Shown in pieces: positions 24,975 to 32,914 of a stretch of DNA of 35,951 bases. The DNA comes from Anaerolineae bacterium (GTDB taxonomy: Bacteria > Chloroflexota > Anaerolineae > SpSt-600). Position numbers and translations under genes: made by a program. The notes beneath the pieces are model-generated. The model did no database searches. It was not told the origin of the DNA and worked only from the letters and a program-made list of their open reading frames with translations. The stretch spans positions 1-35,951 of the forward strand of contig DAOUBN010000053.1 in NCBI GenBank assembly GCA_034432815.1, in the 5' to 3' direction. Positions within the stretch are counted from its first letter, which is position 1. Each line of letters opens with the position of its first letter.

Positions 24975-25800
24975 TCTTTTTCACCACTCTCGTTAGCTTT
25001 AGGTTCGCCAGGGTTAAGGGGCCCACTCGTGGGCGGGTTGAAAAATGGGGGTGGAGGGGGCAAAGCCCCCTTGCATCCCCCCAATTTTTTCCCACCCTCG
25101 TTTGCTGAGGGTTCGCCATGGTTAAAGGGCCCCCTCGCGGGCAGGTTGCGGGAGTTGCCTTCTCGCCCCTTTAATTGGCTTCTTTGGGGGGACACCCCCC
25201 ACACCCCCCGGGATGGGGCTCCGCCCCCTCCACCCCCGTGATTTGTTTTTTCCGGGGGCGCATCCCCCACCCCCTGGCATGGTGGCTTCGTCCACTTGCA
25301 CCTCCGATTTTTCCCCACCCTCGCTTGCTGGAGGTTCGCCGAAGTTAAGGGTCCCACTCGCGGGCGGGTTGCGGGAGTTGCCTTCTCGCCCCTTTAATTG
25401 GTTTCTTTGGGGGACACCCCCAACCTCCGGGAGGGGGCGAAGCCCCTTCCACCCCCGTAAAAGAGGAAAGAGGGAGTGCAGGGGGATGGAATCCCCCTGG
25501 CGGGGGGAAGTAGGGGGTGTCCCCCCACGAAAACAAAAAGGGGGGCGAGCTGGCACCTCCTGAAACCCGCCCACGAGGGGGCCCCTGAAGCCAGGCTGAG
25601 CCGCAGGAAACGGGGGTGGGGATTTGTTTTTCTGGGGGCACATCCCCCAACCCCCGCAGGGGGGCGAAGCCCCCATGCACCCCCGATTTTTCCCACTCTT
25701 GGGCGGGTTGAAAATTGGGGGTGGAGGAGGCAAAGTCCCCCTGCATCCCCCCAATTTTCAGGAGGACATCCCCACGCCACTGGAGGGGGGCAAAGCCCCT
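24975..25800. repeat. Mosaic A/B interspersed-repeat cluster 4 (largest)
   Basis: A1 copies at 24981-25039 (truncated), 25091-25170 and 25313-25392. A2 at 25540-25622, an A fragment at 25691-25709, and at least 8 B modules in both orientations. Confidence 0.85.
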
Positions 25801-25828
25801 TACAGCCCTGCTATTGAGAAGCGCGGGT

Positions 25829-25857
25829 TTGCAAAGTGGTGGCCTTTGTGATATAGT
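25829..25857 (+). promoter_or_regulatory. Sigma-70-like promoter (extended -10) of rpsF-ssb-rpsR
   Basis: TTGCAA (25829-25834), a 17-nt spacer, then TATAGT (25852-25857), with TG at 25849-25850. Confidence 0.5.
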
Positions 25858-25901
25858 TATCCAGACTTTGACCAGACCTGGAAAGGAGGAAGGGAAAAGG
25901 G

Positions 25902-26192
25902 ATGAGGGAATACGAGCTTGCCTGCATTCTGAGCCCGGAACTGGAGCAGAGCAAAATTGATTCCACCCTGGATGAACTCAAGCGGGTGGTGAAAGGCCTT
26001 GGAGGGGAGGTCACAGGAGTGAACGCCTGGGGCCTGAGGCGTTTCGCCTATCCAATCCGGAAGAAGAAAGAAGGTTACTACGTCTTCCTGAACCTTCAGC
26101 TCCCCCCTGAGGCTGTGAAGAACCTGGACCATGCTTTGAAATTCAACGAAAATGTGCTTCGCCACCTCATAATAAAAACCTCGGAAGAATAG
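25902..26192 (+). CDS. rpsF: 30S ribosomal protein S6
   Basis: MREYELACILSP...EVTGVNAWGLRRFAYPIRKKKEGYYVFLNLQ, in the conserved rpsF-ssb-rpsR context. Confidence 0.9.
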   Translation: MREYELACILSPELEQSKIDSTLDELKRVVKGLGGEVTGVNAWGLRRFAYPIRKKKEGYYVFLNLQLPPEAVKNLDHALKFNENVLRHLIIKTSEE

Positions 26193-26203
26193 GGGGCAGT
26201 GAG

Positions 26204-26572
26204 ATGGCAAGGGGGCTTAACAAGATAATCCTCATCGGGAGCCTCGGAAGGGACCCGGAACTGCGCTATACCCCGAGCGGGAAACCCATGGCTTCCTTCA
26301 GCCTCGCCACAAGCCGTTCCTGGGTCACCTCTGATGGGGAGAAGAAAGACGCCACCGAGTGGTTCAATGTGATCGCCTGGGGCAACCTGGCGGAAATCTG
26401 CAGCCGCCGCCTCAGAAAAGGCTCAAGGGTTTACATAGAAGGCCACCTCCAGACAAGAGCCTGGGACGATCCCGAAGGCCACAGGCATTACCGCACAGAG
26501 GTGGTGGCCAGCGAGATGATAATCCTTGATGACGAAGAAACGCCAGAGGAAGAGGACGAAATCCCATTCTAA
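26204..26572 (+). CDS. ssb: Single-stranded DNA-binding protein
   Basis: LNKIILIGSLGRDPELRYTPSGKPMASFSLA...WFNVIAWGNLAE..YIEGHLQTRAW and an acidic tail ending DEIPF. Confidence 0.9.
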   Translation: MARGLNKIILIGSLGRDPELRYTPSGKPMASFSLATSRSWVTSDGEKKDATEWFNVIAWGNLAEICSRRLRKGSRVYIEGHLQTRAWDDPEGHRHYRTEVVASEMIILDDEETPEEEDEIPF

Positions 26573-26584
26573 AGGAGGGAGAAA

Positions 26585-26860
26585 TTGGCAACAGAGCTCA
26601 GGGGACAGGAAGCCCAGCCCAGAAGGTTCGTTCCGAAGAAGAAAGTTTGTTTTTTCTGCGTGGAGAACATTGACGAGATAGACTACAAGCAGCCAGAACT
26701 GCTCCGCCGCTTCCTGAGCGAGTGGGGGAGGATCCAGCCCCGCCGGAAAACGGGGACCTGCGCTAAACATCAGCGGAAACTGAGCCTGGCAATAAAGCGG
26801 GCCCGCTTCCTCGGCCTCCTGCCCTTCACTTCCGAACACATCCGCAAATACGGCATGTAG
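26585..26860 (+). CDS. rpsR: 30S ribosomal protein S18
   Basis: [67 protein letters not shown] start with GGAGGG upstream. Confidence 0.9.
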   Translation: MATELRGQEAQPRRFVPKKKVCFFCVENIDEIDYKQPELLRRFLSEWGRIQPRRKTGTCAKHQRKLSLAIKRARFLGLLPFTSEHIRKYGM

Positions 26861-26870
26861 AGGGGATTGA

Positions 26871-28031
26871 ATGGCCAGGCGCAGGCCGCAACCGCCAAAG
26901 CCCGAGACCAAGAAGGCCAGGGCTATCCGGAAGAGGGAAGAACGCCAGACCCTCTACGTATACATAGGCCTCGGGGCAGTGGCTTTCGTCGTTCTCCTCC
27001 TGCTGGCCCTGGGCCTCTATCAGGAATTTTACGTCAAGCCCGCTTCCCCTGTGGCCATCGTGGGCTCCACCCCTATAAGGACCGATGCATACCAGAGGAG
27101 GGTGCGGCTGGAGCGTTTCAACCTCAAGCGCAACATTGAAGCGCTGGAAAGCCAGAAAGCCCTGCTCAACCCGCAGAAAGAAGAAGACAAATTCTACATC
27201 CAGCTCATAGATTCCCAGATCCAGTCCCTCCAGTCCCGCCTGGAAAACATCGGTCTGGTGGTGCTGGAGCAAATGATAGAGGAAGAGCTCATAAGGCAGA
27301 AAGCGGCCGAGGAAGGGGTCACAGTGACCCCGGAGGAAGTTCAGCTCTACATTGAGCGCCTCTTCGGCTATGACCGCAATCCCCCCACCCCTACACCGAC
27401 CCCCATAACTTCCACACAAACCCTCACCGAAACGCCTGCTCCAGCTCCGACGCCCATGAGCGAGGAGGATTTCCGCAGGATGTATCAGTCTTTCCTCTCG
27501 GTCCTGAGCAGGGAGGCTGGGATTTCAGAGCAGGAATACCGTGAGATGGTGGCCGTCAACCTCCTCCGGGAGAAACTCCGTCAGGTCCTGGGGGAGAAAG
27601 TGCCCACCACCGCCGAGCAGGTCCACGCCCGCCACATCCTGCTGGATTCGGAGGAAGAAGCAAAGAAAGTGCTGGAAGAGCTCCGGCAGGGGGCCGATTT
27701 CGCCGAACTGGCGCGGAAATACTCAAAGGATGAAGCGACGAAGGAGAACGGGGGAGACCTCGGCTGGTTCCCCAGGGGGGAGTGGGAGCCAGCTTTTGAC
27801 GCCGTGGCCTTTTCCCTCAAAGTGGGGGAAATAAGCGATATCGTGCGCACCTCCAGAGGCTACCACATAATCAAAGTTGAGGGGCACGAAATGAACCGCG
27901 AGCTTGACCCTGATTATCTGGCGAGCAAAAGAGCCGCGGCTCTGGATGAGTGGCTCCAGCAGGCCCGATACTCCGATAAAGTCCGGAGACTCTGGAAGCC
28001 CGAGATGGTCCCTCCAGAGAAAACCCCTTAA
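26871..28031 (+). CDS. Membrane-anchored parvulin-type peptidyl-prolyl isomerase (PrsA/SurA-like)
   Basis: N-terminal TM segment (LYVYIGLGAVAFVVLLLLALGLY). PpiC domain ARHILLDSEEEAKKVLEELRQGADFAELARKYSKD..GGDLGWFPRG......GYHIIKV. Confidence 0.8.
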   Translation: MARRRPQPPKPETKKARAIRKREERQTLYVYIGLGAVAFVVLLLLALGLYQEFYVKPASPVAIVGSTPIRTDAYQRRVRLERFNLKRNIEALESQKALLNPQKEEDKFYIQLIDSQIQSLQSRLENIGLVVLEQMIEEELIRQKAAEEGVTVTPEEVQLYIERLFGYDRNPPTPTPTPITSTQTLTETPAPAPTPMSEEDFRRMYQSFLSVLSREAGISEQEYREMVAVNLLREKLRQVLGEKVPTTAEQVHARHILLDSEEEAKKVLEELRQGADFAELARKYSKDEATKENGGDLGWFPRGEWEPAFDAVAFSLKVGEISDIVRTSRGYHIIKVEGHEMNRELDPDYLASKRAAALDEWLQQARYSDKVRRLWKPEMVPPEKTP

Positions 28032-28094
28032 GCTTTCACAGTTCGCCCAAGAAGTCCTCGCACGCCGACCATCAGGCTCGGAGAACCATCCTGC

Positions 28095-28400
28095 TGCAGG
28101 ATTGGGGCACATCCCCCAGGCCCTCTGGACCCCCTTCTGGGGGACACCCCTCGCAGCCCCCGGGATGTGGCAAGCCCCCTCTACCCCCTGGAAAAGGGGG
28201 TGCAGGTGGACAGGGTCCCCCTGACGGGGGGAAGTGGGGGGTGTCCCCCCCCACGAAAACAAAAGGGGGCGAGTTGGCATCTCTTTAAACCCGCCCGCGA
28301 GTGGGACCCTGAGGCCAGACTGAGCCGTAGCAAACGGGGGTGGGGAAAGAGGGGGTGCAGGGAGACGGAGTCCCTCTGCCGGGGACAAAGCCCTTTCCCT
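28095..28400. repeat. Mosaic A/B interspersed-repeat cluster 5
   Basis: Two forward B modules, a reverse B at 28199-28251, A2 at 28265-28345 and another reverse B. It lies between convergent genes. Confidence 0.8.
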
Positions 28401-28406
28401 CCTTCT

Positions 28407-29267
28407 CTACCTGGATGCGCGCTCGCGGTAAGCCTTTATGTAACGTGCGGCGAAGGGGTCGCGGCCGAGGAGGAGCTCCGTCGCCAGGACGATGGGGCGA
28501 ACTCTGGCCACATCCACGATGGGGCAATTGACCCCGAAGGCGATGGCCATGGCCAGGAAAGCCCCGTTTATCACCTCCCGCTCAGGGAGGCCGAAGGAAA
28601 CATTGCTTGCCCCAACCGTTATGTTGCACCCGAGCTTTTCCCTCACCAGTTTTATCGTCTGCAATGTCACCAGGGCGGCTCTGCTGTCGGAGCCCACGGC
28701 CAGAGCGAGGGGGTCGGCGATTACGTCGTGCGGGGGGATCTCTTCGCCAGCAGCCCTTTCAAAGATCCTCTCAAGGACCGCAAGGCGCCCCTCAGGGGTT
28801 GAGGGTATTCCCCTTTCATCCATGGCCAGGGCGATGACCGCCGTCCCGTATTCCCTGACCAAGGGGAGGACCTGGCGGAGGGAGCGCTCCTCGCCGTTAA
28901 CTGAGTTGAGGATGGGCCTGGCTTCCGGGGCGATCTTGCGGAGCCTTTCCAGGGCCGAGGACAGGGCCTGAGGGCTGGAGGAATCTATGCACAGGGGAAC
29001 ATCCACCACCTCCAGCACGGCTTCAACAGCCCGGGGCAAAAGCTGCGCCTCATCCACCCCCGCTGCCCCCACGTTTACGTCCAGGATATCGGCCCCGGCC
29101 CTGACTTGCTCAAGGGCTTCCCGCTGCACAGGGCTGAGATCCCCGGCCTTCAGGGCGGCGGCCAGCCTCTTCTTCCCCGTGGGATTGATCCTCTCCCCGA
29201 TGAGGACCACAGGGCGGTCAGGTGAGATCACCACCGATCTGGCGATGCTCAGCAGCCTTGTCTCCAT
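28407..29267 (-). CDS. Pterin-binding (methyl-THF:corrinoid) methyltransferase, MetH/AcsE pterin-domain family
   Basis: VLIGERINPTGKKRLAAALKAGD...AGADILDVNVG...PLCIDSS...ILNSVNGEE...VGASNVSFGLP is the pterin-binding TIM-barrel pattern. Confidence 0.8.
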   Translation of the reverse strand: METRLLSIARSVVISPDRPVVLIGERINPTGKKRLAAALKAGDLSPVQREALEQVRAGADILDVNVGAAGVDEAQLLPRAVEAVLEVVDVPLCIDSSSPQALSSALERLRKIAPEARPILNSVNGEERSLRQVLPLVREYGTAVIALAMDERGIPSTPEGRLAVLERIFERAAGEEIPPHDVIADPLALAVGSDSRAALVTLQTIKLVREKLGCNITVGASNVSFGLPEREVINGAFLAMAIAFGVNCPIVDVARVRPIVLATELLLGRDPFAARYIKAYRERASR

Positions 29268-29270
29268 AGC

Positions 29271-29918
29271 TCAGTTTATCCCCAGCAGTGCTTTGGCCTT
29301 CTCCACAGCGAGGGAAGCGTTGGGGGCGTATCCGTCGGCCCCTATCTCATCGGCGTATTCCTGGGTCACGGGGGCCCCTCCCACCATGATCTTCACCCTA
29401 TCCCGGAGGCCGGCCTCCCTTAGGGCCTCTATAACCCTCTTCATCTCCACCATGGTGGTGGTGAGGAGGGCCGACATCCCCACGATCTGGGGGTTATGCT
29501 CCCTCACCGCCTCCACGAACCTCTCCGGCGGGGTGTCAACCCCCAGGTCCACCACCCTGAACCCTGCCCCCTCCAGCATCATGGCCACCATGTTCTTCCC
29601 GATATCGTGCAGGTCGCCCCTGACGGTGCCGATGACGAAGGTTCCGAGGCCCGAGGCGCCCGTTTCCGCCAGAAGGGGCCGCAGGATCTCCATGCCTGCT
29701 TTCATAGCGTAAGCGGCCACCAGCACCTCGGGCACGAAGAGGATGCCATCGCGGAAATCCTTCCCAACTTTTTCCATCCCGGCGATCAGGCCTTTCTGGA
29801 GGATTTCCTCGGGCGGGATGCCCTCATCCAGGGCTCTGCGGGTGAGCTCGGTCACCTTCTCAACCTCGCCATTGTAAAGGGCCTCGGCCATTTCCCTCAG
29901 AATGCCTTCCATGTTCAT
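29271..29918 (-). CDS. Corrinoid (B12-binding) protein, MtaC/MetH cobalamin-domain family
   Basis: An N-terminal helical cap, then GTVRGDLHDIGKNMV (the DxHxxG motif), MSALLTTT and VGGAP. Confidence 0.85.
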   Translation of the reverse strand: MNMEGILREMAEALYNGEVEKVTELTRRALDEGIPPEEILQKGLIAGMEKVGKDFRDGILFVPEVLVAAYAMKAGMEILRPLLAETGASGLGTFVIGTVRGDLHDIGKNMVAMMLEGAGFRVVDLGVDTPPERFVEAVREHNPQIVGMSALLTTTMVEMKRVIEALREAGLRDRVKIMVGGAPVTQEYADEIGADGYAPNASLAVEKAKALLGIN

Positions 29919-31357
29919 TCCTCCTTCAGGGTTTTGGCCTCTTCCCAGAGGGCGTCCATCTCCCCCAGGTCCATTTCCTCAAGCCTCTTCCCCCTCTTCC
30001 TGGCCTCTTTCTCAATGTGCCTGAAGCGGGCGGAGAACCGGGCATTGGCCAGGCGCAGGGCGCTTTCGGCATCAACCCCGAGCCAGCGGGCGAGGTTGAC
30101 CATGGTGAAGAGCACATCCCCGACCTCTTTTTCCCGCTCCTCCGGGGTGCGAGCAGCCCTGAGCTCGGCGAGCTCCTCCTCCAGCTTGCGCCAGACCCCC
30201 TCCGCATCCTCCCAATCAAACCCCACCTGGGCGGCTTTCCGCTGGTAAGCCTGGGCCTGAGCCAGGGCACATAAAGCACCGGGAACCCCCTCCAGCAGGG
30301 AGCTCTCCTCTTCCTTCTCCTCCCGCTTTATCCTCTCCCACCTCTGCAGCACCTCCTCCGCATCCTTAACCTTCACCTGGCCGAAAACGTGGGGGTGACG
30401 GCGCTTGAGCTTGCGGATCAGGCCGGCCACGATTTCAGCGGGGCGGAATTCCCCCTCCTCAAGGGCGATCTGGGCATGGAGCATTACCTGAAGCAAAAGG
30501 TCGCCGAGCTCCTCCCGAAGCCTCAGAGGGTCTTCCCCGTCCAAGGCCTCCAGAACCTCGTATGTTTCCTCAAGAAGGTAAGGCCTGATGCTCCTGTGAG
30601 TCTGCTGGCGATCCCAGGGGCACCCTTCGGGGGAGCGGAGATGAGCAACCACTTCCTGGAGGGTGATGAAGGAGCTTTCCTCTGGGAGGGGCGGGATGTA
30701 GAGGGAGGTCAGGTGGTCAATGTCCTCCTGGCGGTCCAGTTCGTAGAGGGGCAGGGTTCTGATAACGGGCTCCTCTGTCCCCGCCCCCCTGACCAGGGTT
30801 ACCGGATGCTCCTCAGGGTAGAGGTCCAGGAGGACGGCTTTAACCTGCGAGGCCAGGAAACGATCGTAAAGCTGGCCCACGATGGCCGGCCGGTCGGGGT
30901 CAATTCTGGGGTAGTGATGGGAGGCGAGGTCCGAAGCGTCCACGATCTGAAGCCCGTCAAGGGGGTCAAGCCTGAGGGCAGTGAAGAGGGAGTCCAGGAA
31001 GCTCACCCCGTCCCTGATCCTCACCTCCAGGCCCTTTTCGGAGGCCATCTTCAGGATCAGGCGCGTGGTGGTTTCACCCACGAGGGGGTGTCCCGGCACG
31101 GCATAGACCACCCCTTCCGGCCTTTCCCCAAGCCTCACGATCTCCTCAGCTATGGCCCTGTAAACCTCGTCAAAGGTCTCCTTCTCCTCGTAGAGGTAAT
31201 CAAAGGAGTGGACCCTGACGCCTTCGGGGAGGGAGGCCGCTGCAGGGTGCCTGATGGTTCTGAGGTAAACCTCCCCGGCGCTCCGGATTATCTCCCACAC
31301 CTCCCTGGTGATGAGGCTGGGGTCGCCTGGCCCAAGCCCAACGATCGTGATAGCCAT
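29915..31357 (-). CDS. YabN-like fusion: tetrapyrrole-methylase-fold domain + MazG pyrophosphohydrolase
   Basis: MAITIVGLGPGDPSLIT (TP-methylase N-terminus) and LRSPEGCPWDRQQTHRSIRPYLLEETYEVLEALD with a second MazG repeat (FDWEDAEGVWRKLEEELAEL..EVGDVLF). Start at ATG 31357 with AGGAGG upstream; the track extends to 31474. Confidence 0.8.
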   Translation of the reverse strand: MAITIVGLGPGDPSLITREVWEIIRSAGEVYLRTIRHPAAASLPEGVRVHSFDYLYEEKETFDEVYRAIAEEIVRLGERPEGVVYAVPGHPLVGETTTRLILKMASEKGLEVRIRDGVSFLDSLFTALRLDPLDGLQIVDASDLASHHYPRIDPDRPAIVGQLYDRFLASQVKAVLLDLYPEEHPVTLVRGAGTEEPVIRTLPLYELDRQEDIDHLTSLYIPPLPEESSFITLQEVVAHLRSPEGCPWDRQQTHRSIRPYLLEETYEVLEALDGEDPLRLREELGDLLLQVMLHAQIALEEGEFRPAEIVAGLIRKLKRRHPHVFGQVKVKDAEEVLQRWERIKREEKEEESSLLEGVPGALCALAQAQAYQRKAAQVGFDWEDAEGVWRKLEEELAELRAARTPEEREKEVGDVLFTMVNLARWLGVDAESALRLANARFSARFRHIEKEARKRGKRLEEMDLGEMDALWEEAKTLKEE

Positions 31358-31358
31358 C

Positions 31359-32684
31359 CTACCTCCTTTCGGCCCAGTAAGCCCTCTGCGCCCACATGCT
31401 TGACGGCGCTGTCTCCAGGATGCGGGTGAAGAGTTCCCGCGCTCTGTCCTTTTCCCCTGAGATGGAGTAGACAAGCCCCAGGTAATACAGGGCCCGGAGG
31501 GAATTGGGGGAAAGCTCCAGCGCCCTCTTGAGGCAGGATTCGGCCAGCTCTACCCGCCCGGCGTAGTAGTGGGCGATCCCCGCCAGCTCCCACCCTCCAG
31601 GCTCATCGGGGTATAGCTCCAGGACTTTCCGCACATTCTCCAGAGCCTCCTCGTCGGACCTCATCAGGACGGCGATCTGGAGTTCGGCCAGGGAGAGGCG
31701 GAAGGCGAGGTCCTCCGGAGCCAGTTCAACGGCGCGCCTGAGCCTTTCCTCGGCCTCCCTGTAGTTTCCCCTGCGGATTTCCACCTCGGCCAGGGCGGTG
31801 TGAAAGTATGGGTTTGAGGGTTCAAGGGATAAGGCGTAGAGGAGCTCGCGCCTGGCCCCCTCCAGATCGCCCCGGGATAGAAGGTGCAATCCCAGGAAGT
31901 AATGCCCCGGCGGGTAAGTATAATCCAGTTGCAGGGATTTGACAAAAGCCCGGGAGGGGTCCTGGCCGAGTCCGGAGAGGGCATGGCCCAGGAATGCCCA
32001 GCCCTCGGGGGAGTCGGGGTAGATAGTCAGGGCTTCCTCCAGAACGGCCTTCGCTGCCCCGTATTCCCCCAGAGCGATGTAGAATTTGCCCAGCTCTTTT
32101 AGGCGGAAGAACTCATCAGGGAAGGAGAGGACAGCTGCCAGGCCTTCAATTCCGGGGCAGTTTTCCGAGAGGCGCGCCGCCTCAGCTGGCCTGGAGGGGG
32201 CGATGGAAAGGGCCAGGAGGCATCGCTCGCCGGCTTTTTCAAAGTGGCGGGATGCTTCCTCAAGCTTTCCCATCCTGAAGAAAGCCACCCCCATCCTGCG
32301 GTGCAGGGCCGGGTTGTGCGGGCTCATTTCCAGGGCTCTGCGCCAGTGCGCCGCCGCCTCCTCCACCCTTCCCTGGGCGAAGAGGGCATCTCCGAGCCCG
32401 GCAAGAGCCCTGGATCCTCCCCCCATCTCCGCGGCAGAGGAGAAGGCTTTCTGGGCATAATCCTGGAGGCCGAGGCGCAGGTATATTTCCCCCTCCAGCA
32501 TGAGGGGGAGGGGGTTAACCGGATCCAGTTCCCTTGCCCTTTCCAGCGCTTCAAGAGCTTCGGAAGGCTTTCCGGGGCAGGAGACCAGCCGGATGAAAGC
32601 CTGCTCCCGGTAACCCGAAGCCAGGATCAGGAGGAAGAGGGCAAGGGGGATAACCCTTAAGGAAAACCCGGCCTTCCGTCCCAT
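31359..32684 (-). CDS. TPR-repeat protein with N-terminal membrane anchor/signal
   Basis: N-terminal hydrophobic segment (VIPLALFLLILASG), then repeated ~34-aa A/L/Y-rich units (e.g. GNYREAEERLRRAVELAPED, ALYYLGLVY). Confidence 0.75.
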   Translation of the reverse strand: MGRKAGFSLRVIPLALFLLILASGYREQAFIRLVSCPGKPSEALEALERARELDPVNPLPLMLEGEIYLRLGLQDYAQKAFSSAAEMGGGSRALAGLGDALFAQGRVEEAAAHWRRALEMSPHNPALHRRMGVAFFRMGKLEEASRHFEKAGERCLLALSIAPSRPAEAARLSENCPGIEGLAAVLSFPDEFFRLKELGKFYIALGEYGAAKAVLEEALTIYPDSPEGWAFLGHALSGLGQDPSRAFVKSLQLDYTYPPGHYFLGLHLLSRGDLEGARRELLYALSLEPSNPYFHTALAEVEIRRGNYREAEERLRRAVELAPEDLAFRLSLAELQIAVLMRSDEEALENVRKVLELYPDEPGGWELAGIAHYYAGRVELAESCLKRALELSPNSLRALYYLGLVYSISGEKDRARELFTRILETAPSSMWAQRAYWAERR

Positions 32685-32744
32685 GGCTCAACCCGTAAGA
32701 CAGATTTTCCCTTAAGCGAGAGCCCCTGCGTATCCTGGCTCCTT

Positions 32745-32840
32745 GAGCAACAGGGGGTGCAAGGGGCCCCAGTCCCCCTGCCAGGGGGCTTTGCCCCCGG
32801 ACCCCCTTTTGGGGACACCTCCCACAGCCCCCGTTGGGAA
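32745..32840. repeat. Mosaic repeat cluster 6 (B modules only)
   Basis: GGGGTGCAAGGGGCCCCAGTCCCCCTGCCAGGGGGCTTTGCCCCCGGACCCCCTTTTGGGGACACCTCCCACAGCCCCC, i.e. one reverse B-like and one forward B-like module. Confidence 0.6.
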
Positions 32841-32854
32841 TTTACTGCACAGGT

Positions 32855-32883
32855 TTGCAAATTCTCCGGAACATGTTATATAT
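32855..32883 (+). promoter_or_regulatory. Candidate promoter of the RHS/Tc-like gene
   Basis: TTGCAA (32855-32860), a 16-17-nt spacer, then TATATAT (32877-32883), in the only AT-rich stretch of this intergenic region. Confidence 0.35.
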
Positions 32884-32914
32884 GTAAAAGCCCTTTGGCA
32901 AAAGGATTTTTGCG

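Noticed and set aside
24952-24981. Possible terminator after the MFS gene (GCAGAGG-atat-CCCCTGC followed by TCATTCTTTTT)
   Set aside because: The stem has a mismatch and is short, and the T tract is interrupted. It merges into the first repeat module, so I could not separate it from the repeat and did not list it as a feature.
24975-25800. Possibility that the repeat clusters are CRISPR arrays
   Set aside because: There is no fixed-length repeat alternating with unique spacers. The modules occur in both orientations, vary in order and spacing, and no cas genes are present. The 'spacers' are themselves repeated modules.
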